This document shows positions 20,088-29,188 of a stretch of DNA of 64,000 nt, piece after piece. The notes beneath the pieces were generated by a model. That model did not search any database and had not been told where the DNA came from. It saw only the letters and a list, made by a program, of their open reading frames with translations. Made by a program: the position numbers and the translations under genes. This DNA is from Hyphomicrobiales bacterium. GTDB taxonomy: Bacteria > Pseudomonadota > Alphaproteobacteria > Rhizobiales > Rhizobiaceae. The stretch's first letter is position 1; each line of letters opens with the position of its first letter. The stretch covers positions 17,854-81,853 of the forward strand of contig RXJA01000188.1 of NCBI GenBank assembly GCA_003963455.1, in the 5' to 3' direction.

Positions 20088-20750
20088 TCAGCCAGGGTTT
20101 CTCGGGAGCATCTTCTCGGCAAAGGCCTCGACCTCTCCCGTGCGGGGTTCCTTGCCGGTGTGCGTGAGCAGGTAGGCCGGCGTCAGGAACAGACGGTTGC
20201 TTACCGGCTCGACGATCTCGAGCGAGTAATAGCCGATCTGCGTGAAGTACAGCACGCGAGCCCGCACGAACGCTTCCGTGTCGGCATAGCCGTGCCGTGA
20301 AAACATCGCCCGGATGGCGTCGACCCGCGTGTCGTCCTCCTCGTTGACGATCCGGTGCACTCCGGCGGACTGGCGCGACCAGGCGCGCACGGCGAAATCC
20401 AGTCGCGGATTGAACAGCGATTCATCCAGCCAGCACTCGAAGACGTTGAGCACGGCCTGCGTGATCGACACCGCTGGCCGGCCGGCCTGCTCGACGATGA
20501 AACGGGTGTTGTTGCTTCGCCAATAGTCGAGGAGCTGGTCCAGCAGATCCTGGCGGCTCTTGAAATACCAGTAGAAGCTGGAACGGGAGACGTTGAGTTT
20601 CTGCCCGAGCGCGAGCACGCGCACCGCCTCGACCCCCTCGGAGATCAGCGTCTCCAGCGCGAGCTTCATCCAGTCCTCGCGCGTCACCTTGGTGTTGCCG
20701 ATCAGGCCGGCCCGCCGCACGACTTCATCAGCACTGGAATCGGAGAGCAT
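20088..20750 (-). CDS. TetR/AcrR family regulator
   Basis: GVEAVRVLALGQKLNVSRSSFYWYFKSR HTH; lies directly downstream of soxG on the same strand. Confidence 0.9.
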   Translation of the reverse strand: MLSDSSADEVVRRAGLIGNTKVTREDWMKLALETLISEGVEAVRVLALGQKLNVSRSSFYWYFKSRQDLLDQLLDYWRSNNTRFIVEQAGRPAVSITQAVLNVFECWLDESLFNPRLDFAVRAWSRQSAGVHRIVNEEDDTRVDAIRAMFSRHGYADTEAFVRARVLYFTQIGYYSLEIVEPVSNRLFLTPAYLLTHTGKEPRTGEVEAFAEKMLPRNPG

Positions 20751-20801
20751 AGCGGACCGGCCAAGATTGAACGCCGGCTAGATAGACCTGAAACCACCTC
20801 G

Positions 20802-21326
20802 CTACAATACTTGCGCTTGTTCGAGCCACTCCCAAAGATAGGGGGCAAGCCCCCGGTCGACATGAAGGCGCGCCCGATCGGGGCTGGTGAACCGGTAGAA
20901 CAGAACGCCGACGCCGGCAAAAAGGATCGAAGCCGAGCGGCTTGCCGCTCCCGGATCGAGCGCCGTGCCCCTGGCGATCAGGCGATCCAGGTCCGGCCCC
21001 TCGACCTCGAACACATGCAGTCCGGCATCCATGACAGTGACCGCGAAACCGGCCGCGTGCCAGCCGACGGCGACGGAGAACGGCTGTTCGCCGACCGCAA
21101 GAAGGCGGTCGCGAGCGATCCGAACCATGTATTTGTCGCCGCTGGCAATTGCGCCGGCTCCAACGCCTTCGCCGGCAAGCCCCGAAGCCTTCGACCAGGC
21201 CGCAAGGTTGCCGCTGACCAGAAGCTGGTTCAACCCGCCAACTGTCCGCACGGTCACGCCATCCTTGTTCAGCGTCGCGGTGGCGAAGTCGGGCGCTTCC
21301 GGCCACTTTTCGGCAAGGTTACGCAT
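20802..21326 (-). CDS. soxG: Sarcosine oxidase-type gamma subunit
   Basis: Follows soxA with overlapping stop/start (MRNLAEKW at 21326); EVEGP...IARGTALD...VDRGLAPYLWEWL resembles the SoxG C-terminus. Confidence 0.75.
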   Translation of the reverse strand: MRNLAEKWPEAPDFATATLNKDGVTVRTVGGLNQLLVSGNLAAWSKASGLAGEGVGAGAIASGDKYMVRIARDRLLAVGEQPFSVAVGWHAAGFAVTVMDAGLHVFEVEGPDLDRLIARGTALDPGAASRSASILFAGVGVLFYRFTSPDRARLHVDRGLAPYLWEWLEQAQVL

Positions 21327-24198
21327 GGAGCCGCCTCCCTTCCGGATCGAAGGCGCAGGGCGCGACGATGGTCGCCTGTCGGACAACGCCAAGATGCTGA
21401 ATGTCGATTGTTTCGCCATGCCGCGCCGCGCCGCGTTCGATGAGCGCCAGGGCAACCGGGCGTCCCAGGGTCGGGCTCTGATAGCTGGAGGTGACGAAGC
21501 CGATGCTTCTGAGCCGCCCCTCGCGCTTCTCCACGCCATGCGCGCTGGTCGCCAGCGGCGCCTCGCCTTCGCGCAGCGCAAGGCCAACGAGCTGATTGCG
21601 ATCCGTGCTGTTGCCCGCTTCGGTGAAAAGCGAGCGCCGGCCTACGAACTCACCTGTGCGTTTGGTCCGTGGCCCCGCGACGCCCAGGTCGTGTGGCATG
21701 ACGTTGCCGTCGGTGTCCTTGCCGATGACGATGTATCCCTTCTCGGCGCGCAGGATCATCAGCGATTCCAGCCCGAGCAGCACGGCGTCGAAGGCCCGGC
21801 CCTCCTGCTGCATCCTCGCCCACAGCGCCTCCGCCCTGTCGGCGCGGATGGAGATTTCGTAGCTTCGGTCGCCGGTGAAGGAGACCCTGGCGATGCGCAC
21901 CTCGTCGCCGGCGAAGCGGCCGGCGGCGACAGCCATGTGCGGCAGGCTGGCATCGTCCAGCGCAACTCCCAGATCGAGCGCTTCCATCAGCCCGCGCGCG
22001 TTCGGACCCGACACGGTCAAGGTCGCGTATTGCGCGGTGGCGTTGTGGATATAGACCGCCTCGCGGCCGAAGCGGTCTTGCCGCCATTCTTCGAGGCGCG
22101 CGTGGACCGCGGCGACATGTGACGACGAGCAGGACACGACGAAGCGATGCTCGTCCAGGCGGACCAGCACGCCGTCATCGAAGACGACGCCGTTTTCGGA
22201 GAGCATGAAGCCGTAGCGGCAATGGCCCGGCTTCAGGGTCGACATGGTGTTGTAGTAGATGAAGTCGACGAATTCGGCCGCGCGCGGGCCGATCACCTCG
22301 ATCTTGCCCAGCGTCGAGCCGTCGAAGAGCGCGACCGACTGCCGGGCGCGCCGCGCCTCCTCCTGGATCGAGGCGCCGGCTTCACCGCCGCCATAATAGG
22401 CAGGCCTCAGCCAGCCGCCATATTCTTGGAACACTCCGCCGGCGGCGCGATGGTTCGCCTCCAGCGGCAGACGGCGAACCGGATTGTGCATGCTGCCCCG
22501 GCGCGAACCGACCAGGCTGGCAAACGGGACAGGCGTGAAGGGCGGCCTATAGGTCGTGGTGCCTACCTCGGGGATGCCGCGCCCGGTGATGTCCGCCAGC
22601 AGCGCCAGGCCGTTCAGGTTCGAGGTCTTGCCCTGGTCGGTCGCCATGCCGAGCGTGGTGTAACGCTTCAGGTGCTCGACCGAGACGAAGTTCTCCCGCG
22701 CCGCAAGCTCGACGTCCTTGGCGGTGACGTCGCTCTGGTAGTCGATCCAGACGCGGCCCCTGGCCTTGGGTTTCGGCCACAGGCTGACGACGCCGAGCGT
22801 TGCTTCCGCGCCCGTGCCGCGCGGCGCCGGCGACGATGAGCCGAAATCACCGGAGGCCGCGGCGCCGCTGCTCAACGCGTCCGAAAGCGAGACCGTGCCG
22901 GCGACGGCGCCGGCGACGCCAATCCCTTCGACGGCTTCGCCGGGAATGAAAGCCGCCAGTCGATCGCTCCAGCCGAGCTTGCCTTTCGCCTGCGAGAACA
23001 GGTGCACGGTGGGTGTCCAGCCGCCAGAGACGAGAACGCAATCGGCGACAAGCGTCGTGCCGTCGTCCAGCAGGACGCCCTGGACGGCATTGCGCCCGCG
23101 CGCTGCCGCGACCGTGCGCCCCGCCAGAACGCGAACACCGCTACCCGCTTGCGCATCCCCATCGCGCCGGCAATCGACCACCGTCACCGAGGCGCCGGCC
23201 GCCGCCAGCGCGGAAGCCGGCTCATAGGCACTGTCGTTGTTGGTCGCGACCACGATCTCGCGGCCGACAAGCACGCCATGCCGGCGCAGATAGCTGAGCG
23301 CCGCATCGGCGGAGAGGATTCCCGGAAGGTCGTTGTTGGCGAACGGCACGGGCCGTTCGATCGCGCCCGTCGCCAGCACGATGCGGCGGGGCCGCACGCG
23401 CCAGAGCGTGTCCGGCCGACCGTCGGAGTGCCGCTGGTTGAGCGCGACCAGATTGTGATCGTAGAGGCCGAAGGCGGTCGTATCGCTCAGGACCAACTGG
23501 CCCGCGCTCTTCAGCCTGCCAACTGTCGCATCGACCCACGCCTTGCCCTCGATGCCATCGATTTCGCCGGCGCGGTGACGCAGCGACCCGCCGGGATGCG
23601 TCCTGTCGTCGACCAGGACGACCGAGTGGCCGGCCGCCGCCGCGCTGGCTGCCGCGGCAAGGCCCGCAGGCCCGGCGCCGACCACAAGGACGTCGCAATG
23701 ATGGTTGATCTGGTCCGAGACCTGGCGCGGCTTCCAGCCGCTGTCGACGACGCCAAGCCCGGCCATGGCGCGGATGCGCGGCTCAAACAGGTGCCAGTCC
23801 GGCCACATGAAGGTCTTGTAGTAGAAGGCAGCGGGCAGGAAGCGGGCGAAGCGATCCAGAACCGCGTTGCGGTCGGTCGCGGCCGTCGGCGAAGCGTTGA
23901 CGCTCCTGACCTTGATGCCGTCGGCGGCTTGCACGGTCGTCGCCCGTGCATTCGGCACGCGGCCGGCCGCGCTCTCGACATCGACCAGCGCGTTGGGCTC
24001 CTCGACGCCAGAGCCCCAGATGCCGCGCGGCCGATGGTATTTGAAGCTGCGGCCGACAACGGCCTGGCCGCTCGCGAGCAACGCAGACGCGATCGTATCG
24101 CCAACAAAACCCTCGACGCGCCTGCCATCGAAAGTAAAGGTCAGCGGGCGGACGCGATCGATATCGCTGCCGCCATTGGCGAGACGGGAAGCGCTCAT
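21319..24198 (-). CDS. soxA: Heterotetrameric sarcosine oxidase-type alpha subunit
   Basis: GDTIASALLA, GRSFKYHRPRG, GAGPAG, EHLKRYTTLGMATDQGK, GcvT-like C-terminal half. Confidence 0.9.
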   Translation of the reverse strand: MSASRLANGGSDIDRVRPLTFTFDGRRVEGFVGDTIASALLASGQAVVGRSFKYHRPRGIWGSGVEEPNALVDVESAAGRVPNARATTVQAADGIKVRSVNASPTAATDRNAVLDRFARFLPAAFYYKTFMWPDWHLFEPRIRAMAGLGVVDSGWKPRQVSDQINHHCDVLVVGAGPAGLAAAASAAAAGHSVVLVDDRTHPGGSLRHRAGEIDGIEGKAWVDATVGRLKSAGQLVLSDTTAFGLYDHNLVALNQRHSDGRPDTLWRVRPRRIVLATGAIERPVPFANNDLPGILSADAALSYLRRHGVLVGREIVVATNNDSAYEPASALAAAGASVTVVDCRRDGDAQAGSGVRVLAGRTVAAARGRNAVQGVLLDDGTTLVADCVLVSGGWTPTVHLFSQAKGKLGWSDRLAAFIPGEAVEGIGVAGAVAGTVSLSDALSSGAAASGDFGSSSPAPRGTGAEATLGVVSLWPKPKARGRVWIDYQSDVTAKDVELAARENFVSVEHLKRYTTLGMATDQGKTSNLNGLALLADITGRGIPEVGTTTYRPPFTPVPFASLVGSRRGSMHNPVRRLPLEANHRAAGGVFQEYGGWLRPAYYGGGEAGASIQEEARRARQSVALFDGSTLGKIEVIGPRAAEFVDFIYYNTMSTLKPGHCRYGFMLSENGVVFDDGVLVRLDEHRFVVSCSSSHVAAVHARLEEWRQDRFGREAVYIHNATAQYATLTVSGPNARGLMEALDLGVALDDASLPHMAVAAGRFAGDEVRIARVSFTGDRSYEISIRADRAEALWARMQQEGRAFDAVLLGLESLMILRAEKGYIVIGKDTDGNVMPHDLGVAGPRTKRTGEFVGRRSLFTEAGNSTDRNQLVGLALREGEAPLATSAHGVEKREGRLRSIGFVTSSYQSPTLGRPVALALIERGAARHGETIDIQHLGVVRQATIVAPCAFDPEGRRLHA

Positions 24199-24464
24199 GC
24201 GCCGTGCTCCGTTTCACCGAGCGCGGAGGAACCCGACACCTTGTGGTTGACGCTGTCGCGGCTCATCGCGAAGAACTCGCCGCAGGTCAGGTGCACCCAG
24301 ATCTCGCGGGTCGGGCCCTTGGGATTGTCGCGCATGTGGAGATAGCCTGCCCAGCGCTCGGCCGTCACGTCGCCGCCGTCAGGCCGAAGGTTGCCGGCCT
24401 CGCCGCCATAGTGAAACTCGCTTTCTTCGCGCGGCCCGCAGAACGGACAGGGAAAGAGCTGCAT
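24195..24464 (-). CDS. soxD: Sarcosine oxidase-type delta subunit
   Basis: CPFCGPREESEF...RDNPKG...WVHLTC zinc-binding pattern. Confidence 0.9.
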   Translation of the reverse strand: MQLFPCPFCGPREESEFHYGGEAGNLRPDGGDVTAERWAGYLHMRDNPKGPTREIWVHLTCGEFFAMSRDSVNHKVSGSSALGETEHGA

Positions 24465-24476
24465 CTTTCTACACCT

Positions 24477-25730
24477 TCAATGGGCAATGCCGGAGCCGGC
24501 GGCCTCGTCGACCAGGCGGCCGCGGGCGAAGCGGTCGAGATCGAAAGGCCGGCTGATGTGGTGGTGCTGGCCGGTGGCAAGCAGATGGGCGAGTAGTGTG
24601 CCGCCGGCGGGGATCGCCTTGAAGCCGCCCGTGCCCCAGCCGCAATTGAGGAAGAGGCCGGGCAGCGGCGACTCGCCGATGATGGGCGAGGAATCCGGGA
24701 CCACGTCGACGATGCCGGCCCATTGCCGCATCATCTTCAACTGGCCGAAGATCGGATACATGTCGAGCATGCCGGCGATCACGCTTTCCAGCACCGGCAG
24801 GTTGCCACGCTGGCCGTAGGACGGGATGCGGTCGAGCGCGCCGCCGATCACCAGTTCGCCCTTGTCCGATTGGCTGACATAGACGCCGGTGTCCGGCGAG
24901 ATCACCACCGTGTCGATGATCGGCTTGACCGGCTCGGACACGCAGGCCTGCAGCGCGTAGGAATTGACCGGCAGCCGGAATCCCGCCTTCGCCGCCAGCA
25001 CCGACGAATGGCCGGCCACCGCCATGCCCGTCCGCTCGGCTCGGATCGGACCTTGTGACGTGACGACGCCGCGGCAACGCCCGTTCTCGATGATGAAGTC
25101 GGTGATCTCGCAGTTCTGGATGATGTCGACGCCGAGGCGGCTGGCCGCGCGCGCGTACCCCCAGGCTACGGCGTCATGCCGGGCAGTGCCTCCGCTCGGC
25201 TGCCAGGTGCCGCCATAGACCGGAAAGCGGGCATCCGGGCTGAAATTGTAGATCGGCACGACGCGGCGAACGTCCTCGACGGAGAACAATTCGCAATCGA
25301 TGCCGTTGACCTGGATGGCGTTCACGGAGCGCGCCGCGGTTTCCATCGCCGCTTCGCTGTGCGCGAGCGTGAGGATGCCGCGCTGGGAAAGCATCACATT
25401 GTAGTTCAGATCCTTCGAAAGCGTCTTGTAGAGGCTGTGCGCCAGCCCGTAGATCGCCGCGCTTTCGGGATAGAAGTAGTTGGAGCGCACCACTGTGGTG
25501 TTGCGGCCGGTGTTGCCGCCGCCGATCCAACCCTTTTCCAGCAGGGCCACGTTGGTGACGCCGTGATTCTTCGCCAGATAAAACGCCGTTGCCAGGCCGT
25601 GCCCGCCGCCCCCGATGACGATGGCGTCATAGCGCGGCTTCGGATCTGGGGAGCGCCAGGCCTTCACCCATCCGGTCTGACCAGCAATGCCTTCCTTGAA
25701 GAGCGAAAGCGCCGAATAACGTCGCGTCAT
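24477..25730 (-). CDS. soxB: Sarcosine oxidase-type beta subunit
   Basis: GGGGHGLAT, GGGNTGRNTT, ARHDAVAWGYA, NCGWGTGGFKA, DEAAGSGIAH. Confidence 0.9.
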   Translation of the reverse strand: MTRRYSALSLFKEGIAGQTGWVKAWRSPDPKPRYDAIVIGGGGHGLATAFYLAKNHGVTNVALLEKGWIGGGNTGRNTTVVRSNYFYPESAAIYGLAHSLYKTLSKDLNYNVMLSQRGILTLAHSEAAMETAARSVNAIQVNGIDCELFSVEDVRRVVPIYNFSPDARFPVYGGTWQPSGGTARHDAVAWGYARAASRLGVDIIQNCEITDFIIENGRCRGVVTSQGPIRAERTGMAVAGHSSVLAAKAGFRLPVNSYALQACVSEPVKPIIDTVVISPDTGVYVSQSDKGELVIGGALDRIPSYGQRGNLPVLESVIAGMLDMYPIFGQLKMMRQWAGIVDVVPDSSPIIGESPLPGLFLNCGWGTGGFKAIPAGGTLLAHLLATGQHHHISRPFDLDRFARGRLVDEAAGSGIAH

Positions 25731-25890
25731 GCGCTCAAGCCATCGTCACAGGCAAGATGCATTGCTTCGTCGTAAGGCCTGACTGCCCCCTCTCCAGCTC
25801 GAGCTTGTGCATCGATCGCCCCTCAAACACCTGCTTTGCCGCTGGTCGCCGAACACCGGTGAGCAACGCGAGGCGCTTACTTAGCGCGAA

Positions 25891-25906
25891 TGTACACCTA
25901 TGTCCA
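25891..25906. promoter_or_regulatory. Operator copy 3 (TRGACA-N4-TGTAYA on the minus strand)
   Basis: TGTACA-CCTA-TGTCCA (reverse complement TGGACA-TAGG-TGTACA) about 160 bp upstream of soxB. Confidence 0.65.
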
Positions 25907-26072
25907 TTCAAAGCGGCAACGCCGCGACAATGTACTCCTGATCAACGCTGGAGGTACGACCTTGCTTCGTCCTCGCGATGATTCGAAGGCTCTTGGCGAA
26001 ACATGGACAATCCGCGATCGAAGTCCGACGCAACGCGCCGCCACGACCGGCGCGGGCAAAAGGACGAAACGG

Positions 26073-28088
26073 TCAACGGGCGTCTTTGGACAAGGTGGCA
26101 ACGTTCCCGGCCACCTGGGCAAGAAACGCGCGCGTCGCGGCGACGCCATCATAGATCGCCTCCTCGGCGCTGCGGGCGATCGTGCAGTCGCCGATGGTGA
26201 CGAACGGTACGTCCGTGCCGCCGCCCAGCTCACGCTCCAGCGCCATGTCCGGCGCATTGCCTGATGCGAGCACCACAGTGTCGACCCCATCCACTACGAT
26301 CGGTTGGCCGCTCGCTCCGTGCAGGAAATAGGCGGTATCGCCATCGACACCAAAAAGCCGGGCATAGGGGATGATCTCGATCCCTGCCTCATGCAGTTTC
26401 CCAGCCCAGTGATCGCGTACATATTGCTGCAGGTTTTGCCCGGCGCATATGCCATTCACCGCCAGACGCACATGATGTCCCTTGCGGCTCAACTGCATCG
26501 CGACGCCGATGCCGATCCAGTCGCAGCGCCAGTCCGCCACCACCACGCGCGCGCCTGGCGCCGCCCTGCCCGCCAGCAGGTCCGCCGCCTCTATGACATG
26601 GCCGGCTTCATGTCCTTCGATCTCCGTCCCGACCGGAGCCGACCCTGTCGCGACGATGACGCCGTCGGGGGCGATCGTCTCGACCAGAGCCCGGGTGACA
26701 CGGCTGTTCAGCCGCACGTCGACCTGCCGCAGCGCCAGTTCCGTGGCGAGATTGGTGACCAGGCCGCCGAATTCCAGACGATCTGGCAAAAGCTGCGCCA
26801 GCAGCGCCTGTCCGCCGAGACGCGGCGCCGCTTCCGACAGGATCACCTTGTGTCCCATCTCCGCGGCGGTGACCGCCGCCTTCATCCCGGCCGGGCCGCC
26901 GCCAGCCACCAGCACCTTCAACGGTCGGACGGCGGCCGGCGCCGCCGCGGGAAGACGCAACTCCCTGCCCGTGGAAGGATTCTGGATGCAGGAAATCGAA
27001 TAGCCGGCATGGAAATGACCGATGCAGGCCTGGTTGCAACCGATGCAGGCTCGGATTTCGTCCGAACGCCCCTCGCGCGCCTTGCGCGGCATGTCGGGAT
27101 CGGCGATCAGCGCGCGCGTCATGCCGCACATATCGGCCTCGCCGGCCGCGAGCACGCTCTCGGCGATCTGGGGCTGGTTGATGCGGCCCGCAACGAAAAC
27201 CGGGACCGAAACGGAGGCCCGAATGGCCGCCGCCTTGGCAACTACATAGGCCGTCGGAATCTCCATCGGCGGCACCACATGGATGGAACCGCCCAGGCTC
27301 GCCATCGTGCCCAGCGTGGTGTTGACGTAGTCCACCAGGCCTTCCTCCGAAAGCTGGCGGCAGATGCCGAGCACGGTTTCCTGATCCAGGCCGCCCTCAT
27401 CGGCCTCATCGGCTGAGATGCGCAGGCCCACCGCGACGCCGTCCCCGACGGCGCGACGCACGCCAATCAGGCTTTCGCGCAAGGGGCGAAGCCGGTTCTC
27501 GGCCGAGCCGCCGTAGATATCCTGGCGGCGGTTTACCCCGGGATTGAGGAACTGCGCGAACAACAGGCCATGGCTTGCCATGAGTTCGACACCGTCATAG
27601 CCGGCTTCGGCGTAGCGCCGCGCGCTTTCCGAGGCGGAGGCGATGATCTCGGCCACCATCTCGGTCGGCATCTCGCGCGGGACGACATGGAACCGGTTCT
27701 CCGGCGTCGACGAGGGCGCGAAGACCACGCCGCGCATCCCGTTCATCATGCGCCGCGTGACCCTGCCGGAATGCGACAGCTGCCCGAACAGCTTGGCGCC
27801 GTGCCGGTGCACGGCGGCCGCAAGCCGAGCGTAATGCGGGATCGCGTCATCGCTCAGAAGCGCCAGGTCAGGCGCCTCGCCAAGCGTCGAGGCATGGAAG
27901 CGCGCGGCCTCGTTGACGATGAGCCCGACACCGCCTTTCGCGCGCGCTTCGTGATAGGCGACCATGTCCTCGCCGGGCAGGTTGCCTCGCGCCAGATAAG
28001 TCTGGTGTCCGGTGGAAAGAATGCGATTGCGGATGACGTGACCGCGAATGTCCAGCGGCGAAAAGAGGTGAGGAAAAGCGTCAGACAT
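26073..28088 (-). CDS. NADH:flavin oxidoreductase (OYE + 4Fe-4S + FAD domains; StcD/DgcA/FadH-like)
   Basis: FPHLFSPL, AGYDGVEL, NRRQDIYGGSAENR, CIGCNQAC...CIQNP Fe-S motif, GGGPAG; start MSDAF (28088). Confidence 0.88.
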   Translation of the reverse strand: MSDAFPHLFSPLDIRGHVIRNRILSTGHQTYLARGNLPGEDMVAYHEARAKGGVGLIVNEAARFHASTLGEAPDLALLSDDAIPHYARLAAAVHRHGAKLFGQLSHSGRVTRRMMNGMRGVVFAPSSTPENRFHVVPREMPTEMVAEIIASASESARRYAEAGYDGVELMASHGLLFAQFLNPGVNRRQDIYGGSAENRLRPLRESLIGVRRAVGDGVAVGLRISADEADEGGLDQETVLGICRQLSEEGLVDYVNTTLGTMASLGGSIHVVPPMEIPTAYVVAKAAAIRASVSVPVFVAGRINQPQIAESVLAAGEADMCGMTRALIADPDMPRKAREGRSDEIRACIGCNQACIGHFHAGYSISCIQNPSTGRELRLPAAAPAAVRPLKVLVAGGGPAGMKAAVTAAEMGHKVILSEAAPRLGGQALLAQLLPDRLEFGGLVTNLATELALRQVDVRLNSRVTRALVETIAPDGVIVATGSAPVGTEIEGHEAGHVIEAADLLAGRAAPGARVVVADWRCDWIGIGVAMQLSRKGHHVRLAVNGICAGQNLQQYVRDHWAGKLHEAGIEIIPYARLFGVDGDTAYFLHGASGQPIVVDGVDTVVLASGNAPDMALERELGGGTDVPFVTIGDCTIARSAEEAIYDGVAATRAFLAQVAGNVATLSKDAR

Positions 28089-28186
28089 GAAATGCCCTTT
28101 GGCAGGACCGGTGCCCACCCGTCCAAATTTGAAGTCAGATTACCAGCCGGGGAGTGCTTGCTCACGGCAGAAATTATAGGCACACT

Positions 28187-28201
28187 ATAACTTGAAGTCA
28201 T
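28187..28201. promoter_or_regulatory. Candidate LysR binding site (T-N11-A)
   Basis: ATAAC-TTGAA-GTCAT near-palindrome 21 bp upstream of the lysR start. Confidence 0.5.
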
Positions 28202-28222
28202 ACCTTGGGAACCAGAGCCGTT

Positions 28223-29188
28223 ATGTCGCTGCGCGCCAGGTTGCCCTCGACGGGCGCACTTTTCATGTTCGAGGCGGCGGCGCGGCACCGGAACTTCACG
28301 CTCGCGGCGCGGGAGTTCAACGTAACGCAGCCGGCGATCAGCCGGATGATCTCCAGGCTGGAAGACCGTCTTGGCGCGAAACTGTTCCTGCGCCGTTCGA
28401 CGGGGCTCGAACTGACCGAGGAGGGCCGCGCGCTGCAGCGCGCCGTCCGGCAGGGGTTCGATCGCATCGAGGAAGCGGTCTGCGACATACAGGCCAGCGC
28501 CAATGCAGGCGACGTGGTGACCTTGTCGGTTACCTCGGCCTTCGCGATACACTGGCTGATGCCGCGTTTCGACAAATTCCGCCATGAGGTGCCCGGAGTT
28601 CAGATCCGCCTCGATCTCATTCACGGCGAGCCTCATGGTCCCCTCGGGGGCGCGGATATCGGCGTTCGCTACGCATTCCCCGATGGCGACGAAATCGAGA
28701 CCTGGCCACTCGTGGAAGAAGTCGTCATTCCGGTCTGCAGTCCCGGCTATCTGCGGGCGCATGGACCGATCGACGGCCCGGGCGGACTGAAAGGCCACAT
28801 CCTGGCGAGCCTCATTGGCAAGATGCGCATTCCCTGGCCGACCTTTCTGGCCGCGGTTGGCCTTGGCCCGATGCGCGAAGCGACGGAGCTGACGTTTTCC
28901 GACTACGCGCTGGTCGTCCAGGGCGCGATCAAGGGCCAGACCGTCGCGCTTGGCTGGTGGCACGTGGTTGCGGGGGAAGTCCTCTCGGACGGCCTCGTGC
29001 CGGCGGGGCGGACCCTGCTGCAGACCGGCACCTTCTATCAACTCGTCGCGCGCCGCTCGGCGGCCAGGCGACCAGAGGTTCAGAAGGTGCGGGACTGGCT
29101 GCTGACCGAGTTCGCCGCCATCGAGGACCAGCGCCTCCAACGCGGCCTGTTCACGGCGAGGGAGGCGGTCAAGCCACCCGCAGATTGA
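28223..29188 (+). CDS. LysR family regulator (GcvA-like)
   Basis: FEAAARHRNFTLAAREFNVTQPAISRMI HTH, WLMPR, PVCSPGY. Confidence 0.92.
   Translation: MSLRARLPSTGALFMFEAAARHRNFTLAAREFNVTQPAISRMISRLEDRLGAKLFLRRSTGLELTEEGRALQRAVRQGFDRIEEAVCDIQASANAGDVVTLSVTSAFAIHWLMPRFDKFRHEVPGVQIRLDLIHGEPHGPLGGADIGVRYAFPDGDEIETWPLVEEVVIPVCSPGYLRAHGPIDGPGGLKGHILASLIGKMRIPWPTFLAAVGLGPMREATELTFSDYALVVQGAIKGQTVALGWWHVVAGEVLSDGLVPAGRTLLQTGTFYQLVARRSAARRPEVQKVRDWLLTEFAAIEDQRLQRGLFTAREAVKPPAD

Noticed and set aside
25731-25890. Possible glycine riboswitch in the soxB leader (GGAGAG...TCAGG on the minus strand)
   Set aside because: The two motifs are only a few bases apart and the intervening CCGAAG and stems are missing
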